Positions 13,525 to 26,068 of a stretch of DNA of 64,000 nt are shown one piece after another (within the stretch, counting starts at the first letter, position 1; every line of letters begins with the position of its first letter). Origin of the DNA: Paramecium tetraurelia. Lineage: Eukaryota. The stretch lies in the NCBI GenBank assembly GCA_000165425.1, contig CT868485.1:186001-250000 (forward strand), read 5' to 3'. The translations under genes were made by a program, and so were the position numbers. Under the pieces are notes generated by a model that was given only the letters and a program-made list of their open reading frames with translations, did not search any database and was not told the DNA's origin.

Positions 13525-14546
13525 AAATTATTATGTAAATTATTCAATAAAAATATATTTTATTAAAATCTCACAAAAAACTGCTATTTCAGTATCAGTT
13601 TAATCGACTATGAATTTAACTGTTTATTTTAATATGATCCGAAATATTTAGTTATCTGTTTTTATTTATTAATATAATTATATTTATTATTAATGCTATA
13701 AATATAAATTTTTCTAGGCTTTAGAGAATTATAAACTCATAACAAAATTTGGATTTTATATTCAATTTAGAGAAGTATAGATCCACCTAATCAAAGTTGG
13801 AATCATATAGTATTTTTTTAGTGACACTTTTTATGATTAAATTTATTAACATATATATTAAAGGACTTTCTGAATACAATTTCTATCCAATTGGGAAAAA
13901 TGCTTATGATCTTACAATTTTAGTATTTCTCATAAGGCAATTAAAAACATAGTAGAATTTTTTAATAAAGCTATTTGAATTTTAATAGATTATTATATGC
14001 AATCATGAGTTTTAAATTTTCAGATCATTTTAATTACTAAATTTGGATAATATTTATGGTATAGAGAATGATATTAAAAGGCCAATTGCAGTATCCATTC
14101 TAAATTTTTAATTTTCTATTTTCATTGTCAAATGAGTAAGCAGAAATCAAATTTATTTGATATTGATTATCATAATTCAATATCCATATTTGAGTTAGTT
14201 TTATAACAAGTAATATAACTTTCCCTATAATAAGCTATCCTTGAATTCAAAAGTAAATTTATATTGTAAAAATACAATAATGATTTTTGAATGATCATCT
14301 AAAATAAATAAATTAATGTGGATTATTGTATTCTAAAATAGTTTATTGTTTAGAATGATTACCAAAATACACAAAGTATGATTAATGAAAGTGATAAAAT
14401 AAATGGGGTGTAATGAATAATTAAGTGGAATTGAACAGATAGAAATCGAAGTAATATTTGGTAGATTGCATGAATTCAATTTTCAGATATAGATTATTAT
14501 TTATAATTTGTACTAATGATTTTTATTAGTTAATATAATTATAATC

Positions 14547-15927
14547 ATGAAAAACTTTACTGTTTTCGAGAAATTGGGTGAAGGTACTATTATTTGAATT
14601 AATATCAATTAATTTAGGTTCATTCTCTACAGTGTTAAGAGTTAAGCGACAATCCGATTAGTAAGAATATGCAATGAAAAAAGTGAGGATGGGATAATTG
14701 AAGGAGAAGGAGAAAGAGAATTCACTTAATGAAATTCGTATTCTGGCCAGCATTTCACATCCTAATATCATAGCGTACAAGGAAGCATTCTACGATGAGC
14801 AATCTCAAAGTTTATGTGTAGTAATGGAGTATGCTGATTAAGGTGATTTGTAACAGATGATCCAATAACATATTCATTAGAAACAATTCATATAAGAAAT
14901 TGAGATCTGGAAAATGATTTACTAAGTGGCAATTGGTATTCAGTTAATTTAAATTTTAGCTTTGCGAACGTTACATCAAATGAAAATCTTGCATAGGGAT
15001 TTGAAATCTGCAAATGTATTCCTCCACTAAGGAAACTATAAACTGGGAGACATGAATGTATCCAAAGTGGCCAAAAAGGATTTGGTTTATACGCAAACAG
15101 GAACTCCTTATTATGCAAGTCCTGAAGTTTGGAGAGATCAGCCATATGATGCTAAAAGTGACATTTGGAGTTTAGGTTGTGTTGCATATGAAATGGCAGC
15201 CCTAAAACCACCATTTCGAGCATAAAATATGGAAGGATTATATAAGAAAGTATAAAGAGGATTATACGAACGAATACCGCCTAAATTTAGCGGTGAATTA
15301 ATGACTGTAATAGGATTATGTTTACAAGTACAAAGCAAATAAAGACCTACATGTGCTTAATTACTTAGCAATCCTATTTTATTGAGAAATGCTAGATAAT
15401 TTATTATAGAAAGTAGAGTTTCTCAGTAGACTTAATCTTCGTAAGCTGGTTCGAATGTACTCTTGTAAACTATAAAATTACCAAAGAATCTAAAACAACT
15501 CAAAGAGAAATTACCAAAATCAAAATACTTAATGGAAAATGTGAATAAGTCTTATGATTAAACATAAGCTAATAGTTCATTTCTACCAAAAATTAGTAAC
15601 CCTAAAGAAATCAGACCTAATTTTTCAGTCCCACCTGTTAAAAGTGATCGATATCAATAATAATAACTGCAGCAGAATTCTTTACATGAGGAACGGTCTA
15701 AGTCCATTGTCAATTCAGTCCAACTTTTAGAGATGGAAAGAATTAGATAACAAAAATTATTGGAAAAACAGTAAAATTTAAAGATCAGCATCATTCATCA
15801 GAATGCTATTCCCTATATAAATAGTTCTTCATCTTAAATCCAAAATCTATATGCCAACAAACAACGCAATGTGAGAGATTCTTCAAAATAATATGTAGAA
15901 GCACCTAAACCAATATGGTGGGGATGA
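14547..15927 (+). CDS. NIMA-related (NEK) Ser/Thr kinase
   Basis: LGEG|SFSTV, YAMKKV, NEIRILAS, HRDLKSANVFL, KLGDMNVSK, TQTGTPYYASPEVW; ends APKPIWWG*. First intron is 34 nt (14584-14617). Confidence 0.95.
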
Positions 15928-16336
15928 CATTTTATTTAAATTATTTTATTGACTCTCAATATTATTAAAGATAATTATATTATGTAAATAGAATGTTTTT
16001 ATGTTTTGTTTGGTTGAAATAATGATAAATTATTGCATAGAAGAATAAATATTTATTATTAAGTAGATATATCTATTAAATTTTGTCCTCAAATAAAGAG
16101 TTAGATTAATATTAAAATAAGACCAGTTAATAGGAAATTACTACATATTTAATCCTCTAAAAGTAGGATAATATAACAAGATTCTTATATAATATGTAGG
16201 CCAATATTAAAGAAGCTATTTAATAAAAAATTGAATTCAAGTAGAATTAAAAAGAAATGTAATTACAGTTTCTGAATTTTATAGAAATACTGATTGAGAA
16301 GTAGAACGAAATTAGACATTTAAATATGTGTAAAAT

Positions 16337-18614
16337 TCATAACATATATATAAAATCATCCTCTATTAACATTTCGTTGTCATTTTTAGGAGACTGTGCA
16401 AGTTAATCAAAAGCTAGACCAATATAAAAGTGAATAAATACCAATAATGGATAAGTTTTCTTAGAGGACCTCCTCTTGCTTTTCTTCTAATGGTTCAATC
16501 GACTTATCATGATTGGATAATTATCTTTAAATGACATAATCCTAATGATTATCGTTGTTTTTATCGATGTTATTATAATATTATTATTGGATAAGATCTT
16601 CAAGTTTTTACAGTTCATCTATTTCTTGATCATCTTCCTCTAAATATTACTATTACATAAGATTTTCAAAGTAATTTGGATCTTGGATGTTATTATTATT
16701 CATGAGAATTATTTCAGACTTTATATATTTAGTTTCTTACTAGTATTCCTATTACTCATGTGTTTCTGGTTATTATTCTTCTTCATTTTAATTTGATTTG
16801 AGCATGGATGATGAAAATTAATCCATCATCATCTTTTCAATGTCATTTAGATTAATTTTGGGTTTGATTTCCTCTTTTTAATTGCGATGGTTTTGATTCT
16901 AATAAAATTATTAAGCCATAAGTTCTTCTAATTGTTGTGATTCACTTAACTATTTATTAGGTATGGCTGGTTATGGTTCAATGCTTTGATCATTGCTCTT
17001 TACAAATTCACTGGATCTAATGGTTTGTATTTTTTCTAGACTTCCACTGTGCATGATGGATTTGTATTGCTGACTATTTTGATTGATGGGAGGCTTATGC
17101 ACTTGATTCTTATTTCCTTGATCTGGGATACCATTGACAGAGATTTTGGCAATTTAAGTAGGTCCTTCCTTTGGTCTGATCAACCCGTTTTCAACCAATG
17201 CATTTTTGTCTTTGTGAATGTAATGAATTCCTTTTTCCTTGATTTTAGCTTCGATCTGAATCTTTCTCGTTACAACGCTGCATAGATCATTGTGAGAGAG
17301 AAGTTGTGTTTCTTACATATTCTCAGTTCTATTGAAGTCTTGATGAATAGACTTCAATTATTACAGAACTTATTGATATTTACTTGAATCAGGATTATTG
17401 CTCCTTCTTATTGAAACTGACAAGCCACCATGTATACTGGAACTGGACATATTGCTATTACACGGTTTGAAGGATTTTCTATCATCATGTTTAGTATTAT
17501 AGTATTTTCTAGTTGAGATTACCACAGATTTCAATGGCTCAGTTTCAAGATCTCAAATTATAACAAAATGGATACTTCGAAAGGCAGAATGAGTGAGCAA
17601 CTGATTGGGAGTAGATCGTTCTTTTGGATTCAATTTGAATATTTGATTGAAGATTTACAAAATATCCTCTGATTTAGTTATGCGTTTGAATTGAAATAAT
17701 TCTAGTTGATTTCAATATATAATAATCATACATCCTTTATTGATAGAATTTCGTATTTAATCCAGAGTAATGTCTGAGGATAAATGATGCCAAGGTGGCA
17801 TTTTAGTGAGCATTTCTACAAATATACAACCAGCACTCCATACATCAGAATACTGGGAGTACTCCTGTCCATTGAAACATTCAGGAGCACTGTACATGGA
17901 TAGTTTGTATTTGTTAAGAATATAGATGTCACTCAATTTAGCATTGGCTTCTCCATCCACTAAGACATTTGAGGTTTTTAGATTCCTTATTTAACTTCAA
18001 TGATACCTGTGCAGTATTCCTTGACTGTGTAGATATTCCAGTCCTTACAATATTTGCTTCATAAACATAATAGCAAGTTGAGGAGAAAATGAACTGAATT
18101 TCTACAATAACCAACTGATTGAGCCTCCACTCTCGTAAGGCATGAGTATTTTAATTTCATTTTAGATTACTTCATTTTTGAATACTGAGTAATCCCAACC
18201 TATTATTTGATGGATATTCTTGAATTCTAACCTTTTGAGAATATCCACTATACTAATCACTTTATCAAAGTCATCTTCCGAACTTAATTTGAACTATGTT
18301 TACAGAAGGTAATACAATTTTCAATGCCAAAAGTTACCCATTTAGAGTATTCAATGCAGAGTATACATTACATCCCTCCTAAATCAATTCACCTTAAATG
18401 TAATCATAAACTATGTTCTAGAGTTGATTATCACAGATCTTACTTCTTCTTCTTCCTCCTCCTCTTATTCTTCACCCTATTACTCTGGAAAGTCCTCATT
18501 GTTAGACTCTCATATTTGAATATGCTATACTTTCATACTCTTATCACTCAAATGTCCCCGGTGAGCCACTTTCACTTCCTCATTTTTCTTTTTGTAACAC
18601 GGCGCTGTACCCAT
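16337..18614 (-). CDS. STE11/MEKK-like kinase-fold protein, probable pseudokinase, predicted N-acylated
   Basis: MGTAPC start; LALKI, MPYESGGSISWLL, QILQGLEYLHSQGILHR|NLKTSNVLVD, KLSDIY, SAPE, SDVWSAGCIFVEMLTKMPPW; long low-complexity tail; several tiny introns. Confidence 0.85.
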
Positions 18615-18920
18615 TATAAATTATAATTATATAATAAACTAATTCAAAAAGTATGAATTAAAAGTAAATCCAGATTTTTATCAAATTGTGATCATTATAT
18701 TCCTATTTAGATTTATTAGATCGTCTCAATTAATAATCTTCAAATTTCATCCATAAACTACTTATAAAAAGCTGAGTTAAGAATAGTAATAATCAATTGT
18801 TTCATCAAACGATCATTAATTTGAAATTACTTAATTGTTAGATCAAATGTACGAGTTCCCATCTTTGAAGTTCCAAATTTACGGATTATCAAACAATGAT
18901 TAATATTAATTATAATTATT

Positions 18921-20207
18921 ATGGAAGAGTCTCAATTCAATTCATTATAAAAAACTATTATAATCCCACCAAGAAAACTACACTAAACCATTTTATAAGA
19001 ATATTAAACCGAGAATCCAAATTTCTCTTAGTTTATTAACGAAACCTAATAGAACCCCTGCTTTATCAATTGCGAATTAATACCAATCTTCATTATTTAT
19101 GAGTCTGATATAGAGGTTACGCATTCATTCCAACTCAAAAAGGACCAACAACTCATGCGATCATACCCATCCTATTACCAAACCAATCTCTATGTCAATA
19201 ATATTTATACAGAATCTAAAAAATAAATTTTATAAGACAATAAAATTATCCATTGCAAGATCTTAGAAATCAATGTTAATGAAGAGTATATTGATCAAGA
19301 TATAGAATTAATAGTCATTGGATCTTATGAATGGAAGTACAACTTTAATGGAATCAAAAATATATTGAGAAATGAGATTCCCAAAGAGTAATACAAACAA
19401 TTGCAATATTAACATCCAATCAAAGTTGTAGTAAATAATGCATTCGAGTTGGAATATTAGTATTTTGGCAATACAGTTAAAATGAATATTGCTTTTCAAA
19501 TCAAATCTCATTGCTAATTGGATTTAATTGAAATGGATTTCCTTTTGAGTGAAAGTTAAATGATTTGGAAAGATGTTGGAATCAATAGAGTAGTACCGAA
19601 GTGCATGTTGTAAAATATATCCATCAATAAATAATACCTTAATCATGAGGAAGGATACATAGAAGTCTTATTAGATTGGCCAGCAATGCTTTAGAATGAG
19701 TAATTGCAACCTGATCTTCCATCTAGAAGATTGAGTCTTGTATAAGTGAATCCAGTTCTAGAAATTAAAACACCTCTGTATATAAGATGGGGGTAACAAC
19801 AGTACACTAAATGTAATACTATCCAATGGAAAGTGAAACCAATTCAAACTATTGGAGGTGAAATTAAAGAAGTTGTAAGATATAAGGATGCCCAGAATGA
19901 AGAATATTTGGCATTAAAGATAGTTCTAACAAATTATTCAGGCAAAGAACACGAAATTACATTCTGTCCGCCATCTCAAATATTTGGAAAGAAACTTAAT
20001 CAAAAGAAAGATTAGCCTCTGGTTGTGTTGGGTATAACATTATCAACGGAGAAAAACTTAGGAATATTGTAGCCAAATTAAATATGTGAAACTATTTTGA
20101 GAGTGTAATTAATTAACAATGGAATTTTGAATATGCAAACCATCGATCTAAAAATAGACAATCAATTAACTGAGTTGAGTTTGAATTTTTTATATTCTCA
20201 TCAATGA
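18921..20207 (+). CDS. Uncharacterised 428-aa protein; C-terminus resembles TRAPP accessory subunit (Trs65/TRAPPC13/14) Ig-like domain
   Basis: Intronless code-6 frame of 1287 nt; C-terminal EKNLGILQPNQICETILRVQLINNGILNMQTIDL. Product call is tentative. Confidence 0.6.
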
Positions 20208-20335
20208 TATGTTGTATGGGAACAATTATTATTTTGATTTGATGGTTTTGAATGCTTATTTATATAAAAGAGAGGAACTATTTTCTATTTTTATTTAATA
20301 GTATAATAAATTATCCAACTTAATTTCAAAATTAA

Positions 20336-21889
20336 ATGACAGAACTTCTGTTGATAATGAATGTTAGGATTGATGAAGGGAGACAGGGTACAATCAATGT
20401 ACATTTTGGAGATGATCCTGAGGTGTTGGCTAGGGATTTCTGTATTGAATACAATGTGAACTAGAAGTTGGTTCCATTATTGATAGAGAATATCAATAAA
20501 AATTTGGAGGTGGCTGAACAACAGAAAGTGAATGTAAGAGAAAGAGATTAATGTATAGTCTGGTTAGGATACCATGCAATATTCAACTGAAACCTGCAAT
20601 TCAAAATTTATGGAAACTCCATTCAATGAACCATTACATCAATTATCAATGAACAATTACTACTCAACCCATTCATCAGTTCATGACAGACTTTATGAAG
20701 ATGCAAAAAATAAAAGATTGAAATAGAAATTGAATATTTCTGATAGTAGATCCAAAAAAATCAAAATTTAGGAGCCTGAAATAAATTACGGGTTATTTCT
20801 GTATTAGAAGGGAATAAAAAAGAATGAAGAGAAATTGTAGAGAGCTGAGAGTGCTAAAAAGGATTTGCAGAATTCCTAATTAGTTGAATGCACTCATCAC
20901 CCACGTATCAATCATGTTTCAAAACAATTGGTATAACGTAAAGGAGAATCAGTGAGTGAACATTTGAATAGATTAGCTTAGGAATAGAAAATAAAGAGAG
21001 AGAATGCAAGTCAAGAACACTTGAAGTCAGAAGTCTAGAGTTGTTCATTTAAACCATAGATTAACAGAATGTATTGAAAATACTATAATCATGATAGATC
21101 TCGATACATAGTTGAAGAGAGAAACGATAGAAGCAATTAACCATGGTATGAATAATTGTATACTGATTATGATTCCAAGAGACAGAAATTAGAGTAATTG
21201 GAAAAGTAGTATTTCTCATCAAATTATACATTTCATCCTAAGATTGATATGATATCAGAGAAGATAGTTTAGGGAAGCAGTTTCGAGTAGAGATAAAAGA
21301 TTAGATCAACATCAAGGTAAAATCTATCTGTGTGTGATGATGACAGTTAATTGTTTAAACCTAAAACTGGCAGACCTCCAGAGAAGAGACCTAGAGATTT
21401 GTTTTAGAATTTGTATAATCAAGCGAAGATATGGGAGAAGAAACGATAGAATAAAATTGTCTAAATACATCAATAATAAATGAGTACATCTTAAGTAAGA
21501 GCAAGTGAAAAATCAAATTAAATGATACAATCACAAATGCAGGTTTCATTGATTAAGATCTTTAATGCTTTGGATAGTGATAATGATGGCTTTATTAATT
21601 CTGAGAATTGCGATGTGGGAGATTTAGATGATAATGTAATCAAGATATTATCGCCTCTGCTTTTGGAAATGGAATCTGGAAATCATACACTGAATAAGAA
21701 GGAATTCGTGGAGTCTGCTGAAAGATTGGTTGCCACTTTGTCTCCTTGTGAGAAATATGACCTATTGAAGAAACCAAGTAGAAAAGCTGATGTTCCTTAA
21801 TATAGTTTTAATGTGTGTAAATATTCTTTATATGTTAGCCATCTCTCAATAAGAGGTCTTAAAAAATTGTGGCAGCCAAAAGGAATTGA
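20336..21889 (+). CDS. EF-hand protein with N-terminal small beta/alpha domain and repeated TF/SF-x-P-x-IN-like motifs
   Basis: N-term INVHFGDDPEVLARDFCIEYN; repeats CTHHPRIN, CSFKPQIN, YTFHPKID, LFKPKTG, YSFN|PSLN; EF-hand loop IFNALDSDNDGFINSE. Confidence 0.8.
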
Positions 21890-21925
21890 AGATTTTAATT
21901 AATATTTATATTAAAAATATAACTT

Positions 21926-24481
21926 ATGTCAGACGAAGAACCATAAAAAGACGACGATCAAGGTTAAGGAGATAATCCCGATCAAGATTAAGGAGACAAT
22001 CCCGATCAAGACAACGAAGATTACCCCGATGATCAAGAATATATTGAGGATGAAGAAAATCCAAAAGATGAGGAGGAGTAATCTATTTCAATTTATGTTC
22101 ATCTTTTAGTCAACAGAATAATGAACTAGTAAACAATTTGAAACTCACTATTGAGGAGTAAGGGTTAGAAGATAATCAGAAATTGAGGAAATGGAAGGAC
22201 CTACTGACTGAGCATGTTTAATAAGTTTAAAAATTAAGAAGGAGAAATAATAATTTGAGAGGCCAACTCAAAAAACTAGGAGATAAAGCCGAAAAATTGG
22301 TTTAATCTAATGTTAGAAAATAAAAATTATTGGAATAAAAATTGGACCCTAAACATTATAATCTCGCTGAAAAGAAGATATTATATGAAATTAAGAATGG
22401 CAAATCCAAATAGGACTTCGCTAATAAAATAGATCCTCGCATTTGTAACTCTTTTATATTATAATTAAGTGGATTTGTTGATTGCTATTGACAAAATGGA
22501 ACAATCTAATAGTCAGATGAGGGAATCAATCAAGGCATTGAAAGATAGAAACAAAAACCTAGAATAGACTGAAGAAGTAAATAAACTTAGTAACGAAATC
22601 ATACTTGTAGAAAAACAAATCGCAGAAGAAGATAGATTGAGAAGAAAGATGCAAGTAATCATGAAAGAACAAGAAGCAGAATTTAAATAACAATAATTTG
22701 ATTGTGATTATGAGGGTAGATTAAATAGTCTCAAAGATTAAATTAAAACGTTAAAGGATAGTATTAGAGAAGCTTAAAAAGTTGAGTTGCATGAAACAAG
22801 GAAAGAATTTGAATTGAATAATCATTTTGCTGAACTTTAAAAAATGTAATTCTCAATTTATATCCTCATAGATATCGTCAAATGTGTACTTAATTAAATA
22901 AACCATGCGATGAGAAGCAGCATTTTAAGTAAGACAAACAGAAGGACCAAGATAATCAGAATGAAAAATAAAAAAAAGTACAGGAGTTTGCACAGAAAAG
23001 TCAAGAAGAAAATCTAAAGAGGTTCTTACAATTAAAGGATAGTTAACCACAGCCAGAAGACACATCTGAACTTCATAAGGCCTTGAAAGAATTCAAGGAA
23101 GATAAAGGGAAATTTAAGTAAATTTAGGAGGAGGTCAAGAACTTACAAGAAGAACTCGAAAAAAAGGAAAGAGAAGCTTAAAAGGAGAAGTCGAGATAAA
23201 TTGAGGAATATTCTAAATTGAATGAAGATGTAGTGTAGTTAGCGAAGTAATTAAAAGAAAGAGAAGTGTAAACAAAATCATCAGTGATAAAATTAAATGA
23301 TCTCCAAAGATAAGTACAGCTGTTGGATAGAAAATAAGTCTAAGAACCAATATAAAGTACACACCAAAAACCAGAAAACATTTTTTATGGAATTGATAAA
23401 GATTCATAGACATCGGTGCCATTTGATGATATCAAGAACTTGGATTGGACATCCAACATGCCCATCAATTAAATTGTTGTGTGTAAGAATAGCTACAATA
23501 ATCTGATCATTGGTTTGGAGTTGACTTATGGAGATGCAGAAAATAAAGAAGAGTAGAAGACAACAAAGCATATTGGACTATAAGAAGGTAGTATTGAAAA
23601 GGAACAGATCAAAATAACCCCTGAAGAAAAATTAAGTTATATTTCTGGTTTTTATAACTCTGAGCAAATAATCTTCTTGAAATTTGAAACCAGTAAGAAA
23701 AGAGTCATTCAAGTTGGAAATATGAAATATAAGGATAATTAAACCAAAGATTTTAGAATTGAAATTAAGGATAAGGAAATTCTAGGATTTAAAGGAATTT
23801 TAGACTATACCTAAGGTAACCAATTATGTAGATTAATTAGAATCGTAGAACACATCTGAAAGATACTTAGTTGCAATAGGTTTGAATCTCAAGCCAAAGG
23901 AATTAGATATTTCAGCAAAGAAGCAATAAAAGAAATAGAAAATGCTAGAGGAATAAGAAAAATAAAGAGTTCCTGTTGATTATAGGAAAATTACATATCC
24001 CTTTAGAAAGAACCATCCAAAACATTTAGATCTAATCAAATCTCAACCAAAGTTAGATGTCTCAATATATGATGAAGAAAAAAGTATATAAGTTTTTTAG
24101 CCATTTTAGATAAGTTGTTCTAAAAAGAAAAAGAGAGATACTTGTAGGCACAAAGAGCATAATTGGGATTGTTATCAGCTAAGCAATTCAGTCCTGCAAC
24201 ATACAAATAATAAGAGTATTTAGATGAAGACTAGAAGGTTATAATAATATCCTAACAAATAATAGAGGAGACAAGAGAGAGACAAGAGAAAAGAATGGGT
24301 TGAACAAAAGAGGGAAGAGAATAAAAATACTTTAATGCTTCCTGTGATAGAAACCAAGACGCCAGTAGACTAAGACAAAAAAGGAGCTAAGGCACAAAAA
24401 ACAGTTAGTCCATAAAAGCAACAGAAACAGCCTTAGAAGGAGGTTCCAAAAAAAGATGATTCTAAAGCTAAAAAAAAATGA
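21926..24481 (+). CDS. Coiled-coil protein with a jacalin-like (beta-prism I) lectin domain
   Basis: Acidic N-terminus and long coiled coil; ~23380-23890 reads PFDD...INQIVV...IIGLELTY...KHIG...EEKLSYISGFY...IIFLKFETSKKR...ILGFKG...LVAIGL; ends KDDSKAKKK*. Confidence 0.8.
21956..22027 (+). repeat. 24-nt coding tandem repeat, three degenerate copies (DQGQGDNP/DQDQGDNP/DQDNEDYP)
   Basis: gatcaaggttaaggagataatccc, gatcaagattaaggagacaatccc, gatcaagacaacgaagattacccc. Confidence 0.8.
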
Positions 24482-26028
24482 ATAATTTACAAATTTCAAC
24501 ACCTATAGCTAAGCGTGGTTCTTCCATTCTAGCCTTCGAGCCTGAGATGGTCTATCAATCATTAATTGAAGTCCATGTTATTGTCGAAGATAGCATAAGA
24601 CATCTGATGCATTCTCTAACCAATGGTCTGAATGTAAGTGATGTATTAAGAAATATGCCATCATACACATTTACAAAAACGATGGAATTGATTGAATCTA
24701 TTGTGAAGGAATTTGAGTATGACAAAATCAAATCAGACTTAGTTGAGGAGTGTGAACCTGAGAAAACGACATATGATCAATGGAGGCGATAAAATGCTAA
24801 TTTCATGAAGGAATTCATAAAGAAACCTGATAATGTCATGGAAGAATTGGCTGAAGAATAATATGAAGAGAAACCTCCAACTTGGGAAGAGTTTTAGCCT
24901 GAAATTGTATAAACATAACAGGAGCCTGAAAGTGATTTATATGATGATCATTTGAGAAGTTAATTATCATATAGGGAGAGGATGAGAAAGGAATTTTAAG
25001 AGAATCAAACTCTAATTGAGAAGGAGAAATAGGAAGAAAGAAGAAAAGTCAGAGTTTTGGTAGATGGTCAACCAGAAAAAGTAACTTATGATATTGATGG
25101 TAAAATAATACTTAAAGCTAAGAGAATACAATTGGCACCTGTTAGAAAGATTGAAGGGTAATAAATGAAAGAATCAGCTCCCTCTTAAACAGAAGAATTG
25201 GCAGTTCTCAAGCCACGACGACCGGCATTCCGAAAACCCAAATTAAAAGTATTCAAAGTATAACCAACAAATGAAGATGGGGAGGCTCAAAAGATTATAG
25301 CTCAATAGGAGAGAAATCATTTACAGGAATTCATGGATGTTTTACAATTAAAACCAGGAGTTTTCCTAGAAATGGAACATTATGAAAAAGGATAAAGGAA
25401 TAAGCATACTTAAGCTTAGGATTTGCCATATCGTATCTAAAATAAAATGGATCAATATTTAGCATCTGAATAATCATAGTCTATTCGTTTATCAAAGGAA
25501 GAATATTCAAGTGTTACAATCAATAACAGTATTTTGAGAGGTTCATATGAATAATCTTATTTAAAGAAGAAAACAGGCGTTCGATAAAATTCCACTTAAA
25601 AAACTAAACAAAGTGATTATGAGGATACTGTCCCTAAAAATGGGATTGTGAAAGTCAATGATATTGGCAAGTTCTATGATTTGCTTATCAAAGACTCAGA
25701 AATCATAGAGGAGAACACTCACACTGATTTCCCACCTTTAATGATGGATAGATAAGAGAGTCTTAGTATATAGGAATTTAAAACTCCCACAAAATCAGAA
25801 CTACCTTCTATTCCTGCTACACAATTCTATAAATATCTATCAAAATAACAACCCCCTAGTCTATCAAGGATAGACAATAACAGCGTCACTGGATCTGTGA
25901 CTTCTAAATTAACTAGAGATAGATCAATGCCTGAAGTTGTCAGCAATATGAAATTGCATTAATGTTTAGCTGCTCCTAAAATTGGGAAGTTCTTAGGATT
26001 CGGAGTCAATCAAAAATACAAATTCTGA
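24478..26028 (+). CDS. Uncharacterised 516-aa protein, weak resemblance to C2orf81/DUF4639 family
   Basis: Intronless code-6 frame of 1551 nt; NMPSYTFTKTMELIESIV...EECEPEKTTYDQWRR, LQLKPGVFL, C-terminal LAAPKIGKFLGFG. Confidence 0.7.
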
Positions 26029-26068
26029 ATATAAATCTTTTAATTTATAATTAATAATGTTATAACAA

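Noticed and set aside
13694..14135. Long TGA-free plus-strand frame
   Set aside because: With a single stop codon in AT-rich DNA such frames arise by chance; no motif or convincing start.
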